A stretch of 64,000 nt of DNA, taken from assembly GCF_009914755.1 (NCBI RefSeq), contig NC_060932.1, one strand, 5' to 3'. This DNA comes from the human T2T-CHM13v2.0 reference genome, Homo sapiens. Position 1 is the stretch's first letter. Each line of letters opens with the position of its first letter. A program made the position numbers and the translations under genes. Positions 27,188 through 40,660 of this stretch are shown in pieces. Below the pieces are notes generated by a model that did no database searches, was not told the DNA's origin, and saw nothing but the letters and a program-made list of their open reading frames with translations.

Positions 27188-27722
27188 GCCTAGTGTACAG
27201 TTCTCTTGTTTTGAAAGAAGAAGAAACCAGGCAATAGAAATAACTGGTGCGATAAATTGACACTTGAAAAGCAGGTAGTTAAGGGGAACAATGTTTAAGA
27301 AGGCAGTGAGTTTTGAATCATTAAGACTTGTAAAGCTGAGTGTCTAAAGTGAACATTTTAATTATGGCATGTTTCAGTTGTAAAAATAGATCATTAAGAA
27401 TCACTTATAATCTTGGCCCTAGGATAGGTATTTTGGATATATTCTTAATTATGTAACCAAATGCCTAATAATATGTCACCAGTATTGTAGATTTCTGTTG
27501 CCACCTAAAATTCTGCATTATATGCCTGATTCTACAATAAACTAACCAATATCCCCTTTGGAAAATATAAGGCTTTAACCATTTCTTTATTACTGAATAC
27601 TTATTTTTAATTTTTAATATTTTGACTAATGTTAATATGTGTATCTTTCTACATAGAATATTTTAATTCCATTTTAAATGAGTAAATTGTATGTTTCCCC
27701 TCCTTATTCTGTAGTTCACTAA

Positions 27723-28159
<437 letters not shown>

Positions 28160-28201
28160 CGTTTAGTATTTTTTAGTGTTTTAATTTCTTTGAGAAAATT
28201 G

Positions 28202-28864
<663 letters not shown>

Positions 28865-29830
28865 TAGCATACTTCTTCACTGATTTCTTCCCTTGCTTGT
28901 ACCTGAGAGTTCTGATTTACTGTTGTTTTTTTGGCACGCATCCTACCCAAGTTAATGGCTTTTTTTATGTGTTCTGTAATATAAATTGATTATGTTACTT
29001 CAGAATTTTGAGCATATTCAAATCAGTTATTCCCCTACCCACTGCCACAGGACATAATCAATCCTTTTGAACACTTATACTCCCTCACAGGTAGAAAAAT
29101 TTGGGGTGGAGTAACTCTGGAAGACTAAGCATCTTTACTAAGAGCCTAAGCCCTTAAGAAAGGCCATGTAAATCAGCTAGGAGGGGGAACTAAACTTTGT
29201 GTTAGTCTCAACATTTAAATTGAACAGAAATTGTTTGTATCAGAAGATATGATATTTTTAAGAGACAAGAGCAAAGATTTTTTGGTTTTGTTTTGGGTTA
29301 CTCTTCAACTGAGCAGATTAGAGATTGTTAGAAAGATTAGATAAGTTGCAGAAAAATGCAAAAGCTCCCTTTCCTTTGTACATCTGAGTAAATGTGAGTA
29401 ATTAGTATTAGGGGTATAGAAACCTTAAGAGAGTCCTAAGCAATTTTTCATGGCCTCACAGATGTTCACTAAAGTAGTCAAAGTCTCTTCTTATCAGCAA
29501 GAAGTGTGAAGAATTGCCTGAGAGTGAAAAGTCAACAGATTTGCAAGAGCTTTAGAACACCAAGGTCATGAGTACCTACAACTGGGAACACTGAGCAATT
29601 CAGTGGATGTCAGCACAGATGCCAAAGGCTATACATGATAATTACAGCTCAGCAGATGCCACCCCACATGGATACTAATGATCAGAAGCCAGATACCACT
29701 TGGTATGACTATAAGCCCCTAGGTTTGAGGTGATCACTGGGAGAGGAAAGAGAAGAAACGACAACCTGAAATTATTTTGTTTCCCACTGAAATGCCTGAA
29801 ATCTCTGGAATACACTAAAATTTTGCTTTT

Positions 29831-30073
29831 GGCCGTCAGCTGGAATTGGGTCTAGAAATAGATAGAAAGGTGAATTAATGAAAATATAAAGGGAATAGTA
29901 TTTTTTATACACCACTGTATGTGGTCTGATAACTCATAATAAGGATAATTTGGCCGTCAGCTGGAATTGGGTCTAGAAATAGATAGAAAGGTGAATTAAT
30001 GAAAATATAAAGGGAATAGTATTTTTTATACACCACTGTATGTGGTCTGGATAACTCATAATAAGGATAATTT
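29831..30073. repeat. Near-perfect 121-bp tandem duplication
   Basis: ggccgtcagctggaattggg...ataaggataattt repeated at 29831 and 29952; only difference seen is ctgat versus ctggat. Confidence 0.95.
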
Positions 30074-31768
30074 TAATAATGACACAATTGAAGAAAGAGC
30101 TACTGTTAGTAATACCTTGGGGACTGCAGTTTATGAAACACCTCTCAATGTATGACTTTTTGCTAATCTAGTTTTATTCACTGAAGTATTTCCTACAGTG
30201 AGAGTGTGCCAGGAAGCACTGGTAAGAAAGGAATGGGTACAATGTGTGTAAACGGTGTGCCTGACAATTTAGAAGACTAGAGGTTAAGAGAGATGTGAAA
30301 GCCAAATTTAGAGAAGTGAAAGCCAATTTTTCATACCTGAATGTTTTTATTTATCCTCCCAAGGATGATACACACAGGGGTGTATGTTAGACTCAAGAGG
30401 TTTAATTTCAGAGTTGCAGAGTTGCTGCTGATCATTTACCAGAGTGTAGCCTGGGAAAGCCTTAAGACCAGGGCCAAATAAGTTAATACAAACAAGGGAG
30501 AAAGGTGGTAACAGGAGGTGAAATGGGTGTTTCTAGCACTTCTGTTTCTCCATGGCCCAAATCAGGCATTCTAAATACGTTCTTGGATACTCATGTAGAA
30601 AGTCAGAAGGAAGGTGAAAAATAGAAATTGATCAGGAATGATATTTCCAGAAAAAGATTATAGTAGTTATATAAAATAATATTTTTTATTTTTGAGTTAG
30701 AATATGTAAATTACAAGCCCATTCATTCATCAAAATGATAAAGAGCTGTAACTTTTGAGTGACTTTAATCTTTTCTGTTAGTCAATAGTGTTTATCAGAT
30801 ATTTTTATTGTCCCTCCCTCAGGTTTCATGTGCACTTCCCTAACCCCTTGTCATTAGGTGCTTGAGATACAGGTTGACCTTTATCTGTGGGAGAAAATTG
30901 TAGGTATTGCTGTAGATCGGAGAGATTCAAGAGTCAATGTTGAGTGCAGGACTTTGAGAATGGTGGAGTGAAAACCTCTGTGAAACTGTTCCTTTATGAA
31001 AGCAATGAAATGCTAGAAAAAATTGTCAAAATAAAATTTTTCAAAACCTGGAAATTAGTCAAATGTTTGCAACAATATACATTTATTCAACAAAAGTAGC
31101 AGAGCCTAGGTAAGAAAAGCAGAACATTTTTATATTGACTTGTTTTAATCTTCCTTTTTCCAATTATGTGATAGCCTTGAATCATAGCAGCTATGAAAGC
31201 CAGCAGGCTTGCAGCCACTGGAGGAGACAGCTGGTGAGGAACTCCTCACAAAGCTCCACTCTGAGAGCATACCACAATGTGACTTATCTACCAGCTCCAT
31301 GGAAAAACCCCATTCACAGGGCGTTGTTGTTATTTGACCCTGGGAAGGAGAGAAAAGCTTATTTCCAGAGTTCCCCTATTATATTATTCGAAATGTTTAG
31401 TTTTCAACAAAAATTATGATACATGCAAAGAAATAGCAAAGGTATCCCATATATGGAAACAAAAAAAAGCAGTTAACAGCAAACAATATCCCGAGGACAT
31501 TCAAATGCTGAACTTAGCAGACAAAGATTTTAAATCAACTATTATGATTAGAAACAAGTAAGTAAAGGAAACCATGTCCAAAGAGTTCAAGAAAAGCATG
31601 ACAACACACAACTTTTGCCAATCAGCAGAAGTTTTTATAGAAATATTTGAAGCATTTACAGAAATATTTGAACAATTATTAGATGACAAGTGAGATAAAT
31701 TAGTGGATATTTCTGTGGCTATACACTGCAGGGAATATGGACTTTACAGAATTAGAGGAAAGTATGAC

Positions 31769-32174
31769 TGTATTAGGCCAGTCTTGCATTGCCATAAATA
31801 AATACCTGAGACTGGATAATTTATAAAGAAAAGGGGTTTAATTGGCTCACAGTTCTGCAGGCTTTACAGGAAGCCTGGTGCGGGCATCTGCTCAGCTTCT
31901 AGGGAAGCCTCAGGAAGGTTACAATCATCTTGCAAGGTGAAAGGGCAATAGGCATGTCACAGGGTGAAAGCAGGAGCAAGCGAAAATGTAGAGGGGGAGG
32001 TGCCCCACACTCTTAAATGACCAGATCTCATGTGAACTCAGAAGGAAAGCTCCCTTACCACTGAGAGCATGGCCCAAGCCATTTGTGAGGAATCCACTCC
32101 CAGGATCCAAACACCTCGCGGGGATGACATTTCAACATGAGATTTGGGCAGGGACAAATATCCAAACTACATCA
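31769..32174 (-). mobile_element. MSTB-like MaLR solo LTR
   Basis: tgtattaggcc...atacctgagactggataatttataaagaaaag...atccaaactacatca; TSD atgac/atggc. Confidence 0.9.
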
Positions 32175-32399
32175 ATGGCAATGGTGTCTCAACACGTACA
32201 GAATGAGAGAAAGTGCCACAAAATTAAAAAGCGACAAACAGAGATTCTGGAATTGAAAAGTAAGTAACTAAAATTAAAACAAAAAACTACTAGTGGAGTT
32301 CAACAACAGATTTGAGTTGCCAAAAGGAAGGTTCAGTAAGCTCGAAGATACATCAGTTAAGATTATCTAGTCAGAAGAATAGAAAGAAAAACAACACAA

Positions 32400-32685
32400 A
32401 TTTGGAGGTAAGTATACACTCTTGCAACCATTACCAAAATCTATGCTATGTACATATCCATCACCTGCAATAGTTTCTTCTTATGTTCTTTATTATTATT
32501 TTTTTGTGATAAGAACACTTCACATAAAATCTGCCCTCTTAGCCAATGTTTAAAGTACACAATACTGTATTGTTAACTGTAGGCACTATGCTGTACAGTA
32601 GATTGCTAGAATTTCTTCATCTTCCGTAACTGAAAATTTGTACCTTTTGACAAATAACTTTCTGTTTCCTTCTCCTCACAAGATT
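32400..32685 (-). mobile_element. L1MA/MB 3' UTR fragment
   Basis: aagtacacaatactgtattgttaactgtaggcactatgctgtacagtagat. Confidence 0.7.
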
Positions 32686-32914
32686 CCCCTCATTTTAGAG
32701 CAGGGGTTTTACACACCAAATTGTCAACAATGAGTATTTCTTGGTGAAGATTTGGTGGGTGTTCAGTCAGTAGGTGTACCTTCCATTTTAACTTTACATA
32801 TACCTGTATTGTTTTATTTTTAAAAATAATTAATGTAAATAACACTTATAACAAAAATGACCAAGATGAAAACTAGTGGCTCTCAGATGCTGTTAACTTT
32901 GGAGAGACACTCTG

Positions 32915-33050
32915 ATCATAGATTTTGGTAATGGTTGCACGAGTGTATACTTACCTCCAAATTCATCAAGTTGTCTACCTTAAATATGTACAGCTTTTTG
33001 TATGTCAGTCATATCCCAATAAAATGGTTTTTAAAATAAAAAAAATAAAA
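32915..33050 (+). mobile_element. L1MC/MD 3' terminus fragment
   Basis: aaattcatcaagttgtctaccttaaatatgtacagctttttgtatgtcagtcatatcccaataaaatgg plus A-rich tail. Confidence 0.65.
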
Positions 33051-34730
33051 ACAATACAAAATGTGAATACAGCCTCAGAGACCTGTGGGCTACCATCCAT
33101 TGTACCAGCACAAAGATAATGGGAATCCCAGATGAATAGGAGAGAAAAAAGAGCAGAGAATATTTAAAGCAAGAATGGCTCAAAACCTCCCAACCTGAGG
33201 GAAACTGTTAATCTACTCACAGAAGAAATCAGTGAACTCCGAGTAGTAGAAACACAAAAAGCTCCATACCTAAAAACATCACAGTCAGTGTTCAAATTAG
33301 AAGAAACATAGAATACTGAAAGCAGCAAGAGAAAATAACTCATGCTGTGAAATGAATGCTCACAAAAATGGAACGAATTTTCATAACATACTTGAAGTGC
33401 TAAAAGAAATAAATGAAATAGAGAATAAAAAATGAATAAGAAAAAACAATTAGTTCTTTAAAAAGATCAACAAAATAGAAAAATTTACCTAGGCTGACTA
33501 AGAAAAAAGCAAAGAGAAGACTCAAATGACTAAAATGAGTAATGAAATGGAGGACATCTCTAATTATCCTGCAGAAATAAAAAAGATTATACAGGAATCC
33601 TGTAATAAACCGTATGCTAACAATGATGTAACCTAGAATTAAAGGAAACATTTCTAGAAATAAACAAATTACCAAAATTGACTCAAGAATAAAAATGAAC
33701 TCCAAAGTAACCTATAACAAAGATTAAATTGCCAAGTAAAGAACACTTCTCACAAAGCAAATGCCAGTCCTAGATGGTTTCACTGGTAATTTCTGCCAAA
33801 CTCTTAAGGAACTAAAAACAATTCTTCACAAAATCTTTCAAAAAATAGAAAAGGGAGAAACACATCCCAACTCGTTCTATGAAGCTAGCCTGATACCAAA
33901 ACCAAATAAAGGGATCAGAAGAAAACAAAACTACAAGCCAATGTCCCTTATGAATATTGATGCAAATATTCTCAACAAAATAGTAGCAAACTAAATCCAG
34001 AAACATATAAAAAACATTCCATCAGGACCAAATGGAATTTATTCCAGTAATGCAGGGTCGCTCTAACATCTAATAATCAACAAATGTAATATACCATATT
34101 ATTAGAATAAAAAAACCACATGATTTTCTTTATAAATATGAAAAAACTGACAAAATCCAACACCCATTCATGATGAAAAAAAGTACTCAACATAATAAGA
34201 ACAGAAGAGAACTTCCTTAATCTAATAAACAGCATCAGTGGAAAACTCACAGCTAACTTGAAGAAAGACTGAATGATTTCTGTTGAATAGCAGGAAAATA
34301 CAAAGATATCTACTCTGGCCACTTATATGTAACATTATAGTGAATGTTCTAGTTAAGACAGTCATTCATGAGAAAGAAGTAAAAGTCATCAGAATGGAAA
34401 AGGAAACTAAAACTATCTCTGTTTGCAAATGATATGATTTTGCATATAGAAAATCCAAAAGAATCTAGTGGATTCAATTTAAATAATAAACACATTCAGC
34501 AGTGTTTCAGGATACAAGATCAATATACAAATATCAAATCTACACACCATCAATGAAAAATCCAAAAATGAAATGCGGAAAACAAAACCATTTAGAATAC
34601 CCTCAAAGACATAAAATACTTAGAAATGAATTTAAGAAAAATGTACAAGACTTGTACACTAATAAAACTGTTGAAGGTAAAGACGGTCCAAGTAAATGAA
34701 AAGATATGTTCAGAGGTTGAAAAACTTAAT

Positions 34731-34921
34731 TTTTAAAAAAAATTATTTATTTTTTGAGATGGAGTCTCATTCTGTCGCCCAGGCTGGAGTGCAGTGACAC
34801 AATCTTGGCTCACTGTCTCCCAGGTTCAAGCCATTCTCCTGCCTCAGCCTCCTGAGTAACTGGGTTTACAGGAGCCTGCCACCACACCTAGCTAGTTTTT
34901 GTATTTTTAATAGAGAAAGGG
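34731..34921 (-). mobile_element. 5'-truncated Alu (right arm plus linker)
   Basis: Right monomer and linker only; TSD aaaaacttaat on both sides. Confidence 0.9.
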
Positions 34922-35361
34922 GAAAAAACTTAATATTGGTAACAGACATCCAACATAGTTTGTTTGATAGAAGTTCAGCATTTAAAATACAAAATAGACA
35001 TCATTTTGAAAATGTAATAACAAATATATGTAGGCAAATATATAAGCCAAGAGAAGCTGGAATACGCAAACCCAGTAGCTGACAAGATAAAATTGAAGGA
35101 AAATTTTCAGAAGGAATGAAGATAGACTTTATGTACTGGTAAAAGCAACGATTATTTTCATCAGATAACATCAGTTTATGTTAACACAGTAACTGACTGA
35201 ATTCTGGGGAGCAATAGATAAGTCCATAATAGCAATATTAATCCAAATACCTCAGAAATATATAGACCAAATTGATAGAAAACATACAATACAAGGAAAG
35301 ATACAGAAGATTAGAATAATAACCAGTAATAAATTATAATATGGATCATGGTTAAAAACAT

Positions 35362-35993
35362 TGTCAGGAACTTAGAAGAGCTGGAGAGAGAGAACGTGGA
35401 GCAGCAAGTATCAGAATAGCTGATAAAACAACAAGCCCAAATGCAAGTAATAGTCAAGTCTTTAATCACTTACTGTGAAGGAATAAGCAAGAATCTCAAA
35501 CTGGAGGTAGCACTGACCTCATGTTACATCCACCTGCCCCATGAGCGTATGCACCAATTACGGGTCGGGTAGATTAGTACTAACATAATGGCTGTCTGAC
35601 TGTTGAGGGAGCTCTGAGGAAAGACTTTTGCAGTTTTATAGACCTGGGGGTTGGGGTGAGGTCTGGGGCAAGGCTAGAAGTGGAAAATGCCTGAGTACTG
35701 AATGAGTCCGAATGCAGAAAGTGTTTTCAAGATCCTCCAACAAGGAGAATTCCAAATAGAAGGCCTCGACTAGGAATGCAGATGAGCATGAGAGCATGGC
35801 TGGCCAGGAAGCTGAGTTCTTGACTGCAATTCCTGTCAGAGACTGCAGTGCACTGGCTGTGTAGCCAGTCTGGTGTGGGGAGGGCAACTTTCCCCCATGA
35901 GGCCTGCCAGCTAAAGCCATTATAATTGCTTGTGGTTGTACCTGAAAAATCACAAAAAATTTTTGACCATGGGCTGAAACTCTCAAACATACA
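35362..35993 (-). mobile_element. ERVL-class solo LTR (MER73/MER54-like)
   Basis: About 630-bp GC-richer block with TG...CA ends; reverse strand starts tgtatgtttgagagtttcagcccatggtc and has TATAAAA and ATTAAA in LTR-like order. Confidence 0.55.
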
Positions 35994-35999
35994 ATTCAA

Positions 36000-36110
36000 G
36001 GCCAAACTGAACCCTGCCACTTAGTTCTGTCACTGACTAGACATGAGATCTTGAGTAAGTTATTTAACAATTCTGTGCATGAGTTTTTCTATTCGTTGAA
36101 TGGGAATACG
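36000..36110 (+). mobile_element. MIR fragment
   Basis: gatcttgagtaagttatttaacaattctgtgcatgagtttttctattcgttgaatgggaata. Confidence 0.6.
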
Positions 36111-36409
36111 CTTGGTAAAGGAAGTATACTGATATAATATATTTTATCTACAGAAAGAATATCAGACACATAGTGTTATAAATTTGTTAGCACTTGTTTA
36201 TATGCATACATAGGCACAAACACACATGTATCCATGCATATCTATATTATGAATATATCTGATGTACATACATACTATTATACATTTTTATTGTATATGT
36301 GTTTATATATGTACACACTTACACAAACAAATGATTTTTGTACCTAACAAATGCACATACACATTCTTTCAGATTTAAATGAAATATTTACAAAATTTGG
36401 CCATTTGAT

Positions 36410-37830
36410 ATGCTGCACTTTATCTCTGTGTCAGTTCACTTCCCATTGGCTAGAATTCAGTCACATGGTGACAACAGAATGATTCTGAAATGCATTCTAG
36501 CTGTGTAACTAGAGATAGAAGGAACCCATTTTTGAACAGTTAGCATCTCTTCTGTAGTTTGCCTCTTTCTAGTTACCAACTACTATGCATACCCTTTTTC
36601 AACACATATATTAACTCTTTCACCAAAAGAAAAAACAGAAAGTTTCACTAGTTACGCATTTCAAAGTCCAGAATTTTAGAGGACATACCCTCCTCCCCAT
36701 CAAGAATGAATATGTATATTTCTGGTCTGCTAACATAAAAACCAGAAATATGATTATTTGTTGCTATCCCCTTACACGATACACAATAGCAGAGCCAGGA
36801 ATAGGCTATTACAATAAAAACTCACACTAAGAAAAAAGGAAGAAATGGAAACACATTACAGTCATTGATTCAGAGCAACATTGCTGTTTTGCTGGGCTAG
36901 TATTGTAAAATCCTCCACCCTAACAGTACTGGAAGTTTTAAAAATTAGACCTTAGATCTGTTTTTTGGGAGGAACACCTGGCTCCACTACCTGGGAGGTT
37001 TTGTCTTATCTTTTGACCTGTTGGACAAATGTAAGAACACTGGAGATCATGTTCCCTTTGAAGGATGAGGAGTGTGGCACAATTTCTTTTGGTTTGCAAG
37101 TTCAATGAGTCAAAACTTTTTTTGGAGCATAATATTAGGTATTTCAGTGGTACAGATGCTTCAAAAACATAACAGAATTTGTATCTATTTGTTTTCAGTA
37201 TCTTCTATGAGGCAGCAGCCAAAGCCAAGGTTATGTTGTAGACATTGTTTTTAAGTTGTTTCTAATTTCTGTGCTTATTCCTTGTGCCCATCTCTCTCTT
37301 AATGGAGGCTACTTTAAGGCCTTCTGAAAAGGTAGGCTTGGATGGGAAGGCCAAACTATTTCATCAGACCTTTGCCATAGGGTTAAGCACCTTTATTTAA
37401 CTGAGAAGACTTTCAAGTCTTTTCTTGCTACATGGGATGAGGAAGTACTGGGCTTTTTATAACCATGTCCCACTTTTCTAGAGCCTCTCTATTCCCTTTC
37501 ATTTATACTTGAAAACTGATCAAACTTGAATCAGTTAATAATACATTGCTACAAACAAGCAGAACTAAGCAAACAAAACAGAATAACTTTCTGGCTCTTT
37601 CCAGCTACTTTCTATGAAGTAGCAAGTTTTCTAGGCACTTGATCTGCCTTACAAATGATTGCAGGCAACTAATAAATGTATTACCACTAAAATAAACAAA
37701 AAAAGAAAAACCTCTGTCTTTACAGCCTGTGATATTATTTCCTTGCCACCTCCTGTTTGGCTGCTAAGTCAATGGCACATATTTTAGGTTTTGGTTATGA
37801 TATCATGCCATTTCTAATACGAATTATTTC
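36410..37830. mobile_element. MLT1 (J/K-like) LTR end plus MLT1 internal sequence
   Basis: cccattggctagaattcagtcacatgg LTR motif; internal end ctaagtcaatggcacatattttaggttttggttatg. Confidence 0.55.
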
Positions 37831-38177
37831 TTATTGCATCTGAAGAACAAATTTGTAAATGACATTAGGTAGGGAGCAAGTTTTCTCAAAACTATTTCTC
37901 AGGACTGTATACTAAGCTAGTATTTTTAAACTTTTTTTTTTTTGCTACAACCCAAAACAAAAAACACAATTTATATCATTCTATAAACACACACAGACAT
38001 AAACCTGTATGCATACACATGGATACCAGATGGGCCAACACTATGTCATATCTAAACTGGGACTATTACTGTCAAACCCATATGTGTGGTATGGGTATCT
38101 GAAATTCCCTTTATGATGCTAAATTGGTTTTTCACATGAAATTTTAAAAATTTGCTTGAAAACTGCTGAGCATTTTG

Positions 38178-38302
38178 TATTTTTAGTAGAGACAGGGTTT
38201 CACCATGTTGGCCAGGATAGTCTTGATCTCCTGACCTCGTGATCCACCCGCCTCGGCCTCCCAAAGTGCTAGGATTACAGGCGTGAGCCACCACGCCTGG
38301 CC
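38178..38302 (-). mobile_element. Alu left arm only (AluSc/Y-type) with TSD
   Basis: Left monomer ending in the A-rich linker; TSD aactgctgag(c/t)attttg at 38161-38177 and 38303-38319. Confidence 0.9.
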
Positions 38303-38676
38303 AACTGCTGAGTATTTTGAAATGGTATTTATGACAGCTAGGTTAGTCCTTTGAGACATCAGATTGATAGGAATTTTATATCCTGATTTAGTGTTACATT
38401 TATTGAAGAGTTTTAATGATTAAAAATAAATAATAAATACCATGTATTATATGATAATCATGTTTCATTTAAAAGTACATACGTATCTTTTCACTTAACG
38501 ATTTATACCCTTAAGTGTTAAAGTATATTTCCATTTGATCTAACTTTAATAGTACTTAAAAGAATTAAGAATAAACAGTGGAAACAACATTAATCTTTTT
38601 AATATCTAAAAGAGGTCTTTATTACTATTATAATAACTACTGATAAGAGATGCAACTTTACAATAGGAGTACTGAG

Positions 38677-38731
38677 TTTTCTATTTAAAAAGAAGTTTTC
38701 TATTTAAAAAGAAATTTTCTATTTAAAAAGG
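38677..38731. repeat. 19-bp tandem repeat, about 3 copies
   Basis: ttttctatttaaaaagaa(g/a) repeated, third copy partial. Confidence 0.9.
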
Positions 38732-38962
38732 CATTGTGTAATTTCCTAAAGTTTGAAGTATTGTGAAAGCGCATCTTAATGTCGGAAGGGTAACAAATCC
38801 TAAAGTTGATTAGTAAGAAAAAATAGAATAGCATCACAGTTCTTTTTTAAAAACCCTTAACTAAACAGAAAATACAAATTTGGAAACTTAAAAATTAAGG
38901 ATCTGTTTGTTTCTTTGCATTTATGCCATGGTCTCTGAATTTGTATTTTTTTTTTTTTTGAG

Positions 38963-39108
38963 GCCCATTCACAGGACGCCATATGAACACAAAACTGTGT
39001 GGAAGTTCCTGAAAACAATTCCAGATTTAACCTTTCAGCTAAATGATAAGCATCTGAAAACACTTAGTAAGACTGTCTTTTCCGAAACCTGGTTGAAAGG
39101 CAGCACAG
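38963..39108 (+). CDS. CNBD1: Internal coding exon (146 bp, probably exon 5) of cyclic nucleotide-binding domain-containing protein 1
   Basis: T14 pyrimidine tract plus gag acceptor; open frame G-CCC-ATT...ACA-G encoding PIHRTPYEHKTVWKFLKTIPDLTFQLNDKHLKTLSKTVFSETWLKGST; CAG|gtaata donor; peptide matches my recollection of human CNBD1 (...KKLPIHRTPY...KGSTVVAND...). Confidence 0.9.
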
Positions 39109-39319
39109 GTAATAGACTAATGTGGGATAAATTTGGCGAGATAAAATGCAGGCCACTGTTTCGAGTTCTTTATCATTATAATGCTTATAATTTCACTTAA
39201 CAATTTCAGTTGACATGGTAAAAATGTACTATTTGGGTGTGTTTCATTTGTAAGTTTATAAGTAGTGAAATGAATAACATCTCACATTTTAGTACTTAGA
39301 GTTTAAGATATATACTTGT

Positions 39320-39492
39320 GTTTCTCTGCCTGGAGCATGACTCAGAATTACCCAGTGATCACATTGAGACCCATATTGTCGGGTTTAAACATCAGAATTT
39401 CTGGTTCAGTAGGTATAGGATGAGGCCTCAATTTCATTTATAATACCTCAGGTGATGCCACCAGTGCAGGGACCACACTTGTGGAACCAATA
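39320..39492. mobile_element. MER5A hAT-Charlie element
   Basis: cagaatttctggttcagtaggtataggatgaggcc...caggtgatgcc...gggaccacactt. Confidence 0.75.
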
Positions 39493-39689
39493 TCTGAGAT
39501 ACACATTTAGTAACAATATAGTGTTGATTTTCATAGGTAAAACAGCAGATAGTCAACATGATTATTTGACTAAGTCAGATACTAACCCAGATATAGGGAA
39601 AAAAGCCTCTCTAGATAGATTTTCATTTCCCAATTTTAGCTTTTGGTCCCTTCATGAAGGATTTAGTGGATATATTAATAGACTTGTTA

Positions 39690-39900
39690 TATTTTAATTA
39701 CGGGGGCTAGGCATATAATTTAATACATTCTTTATGTCAGAAGCATCCCTTTTTGTTCCTCAGAAAAATAAATGAAGGAAGATATTGCTATTATTATTCT
39801 CCACAGATGAGGACCCCGAGGCACAAATATCACACAGAGCATTCTTGCTTAGAATCGAGTTTCAAACACACTTCAGCCTAATTCTAACTTGTTCTCTGTG
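39690..39900 (-). mobile_element. MIR
   Basis: ttattattctccacagatgaggaccccgaggcaca. Confidence 0.55.
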
Positions 39901-40194
39901 TATTATGTCACTGTTAGTACAAACTGGTTTATCAAGATCATGACAAACTTAACTGGAATTTTAAAGAATATGTGTCTATTGAAAAAATTTACATATTTCC
40001 AGAGTTTTCCCTCCATGGTCTTCTTTCATAATTAGTTCCATTTAATCTGTGATCAAGCAATGAAAAATAAATCAAAGGAATTTTAAAGGGGATAAAATAA
40101 TTTTGAAAGGGAATAAAGGACAAACATTCAACATTGCTTTGCTATTAGATTGAGGATAGTAATTAAAACTTAATTTGTTTTATAAATCACTGAA

Positions 40195-40660
40195 AACATA
40201 TTTGTAACAGTAAAAAATATGGGAACAATCTAAATGTCCTTGAATAGAAGATTGGCTATACATATTTTGATATATCTATTATATAGAATTCTAGACAGTG
40301 ATTAAAAAGAATGAACTAGATTTATATATATTGATATGGAAACATTAAAGAGTAAATAGAATAATTGCAAATTATATTAATAACACATTTATGAAAAAAT
40401 CTAAATTTATGCACATAGACACACACACACACACACACACATAAACATATATCTTTTTAAACTATACAAGTGGGTCCAGAAGGACATTTCAAAAATACAT
40501 ATTTTTAAAAATTGTTGCCTTAGTGTAGGGGAGTGAAATTGAGGGGTGATAAAGGGCTAAAATTAACTCTTTCTTCTACATATATTTGAGTTGGTTTTAT
40601 TCTCTCACAATGTGTTTATTTATTTGTTAATATTTGTAATTATACATTTATTTTTTTCAA
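40195..40660 (+). mobile_element. L1ME-type 3' UTR fragment containing (CA)n at about 40419-40441
   Basis: gggaacaatctaaatgtccttgaatagaagattgg...ttaaaaagaatgaactagatttatat. Confidence 0.6.

Larger units (their letters stand above)
30945..34730 (+). mobile_element. Old L1M (5' UTR, ORF1 and partial ORF2 remnants) with nested insertions
   Basis: 5' UTR-like 30945-31350; LNLADKDFKS ORF1 remnant; [10 protein letters not shown]...PNSFYEAS...[18 protein letters not shown]2 remnant (33761-33994). Confidence 0.75.

Noticed and set aside
29030-29830. Possible ancient LTR (Gypsy/ERVL-like)
   Set aside because: Composition is suggestive but I cannot define its ends or family from the sequence alone
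38907-39200. 97-aa ORF as a standalone gene
   Set aside because: Only 38963-39108 is bounded by splice sites; the flanking codons are intronic read-through
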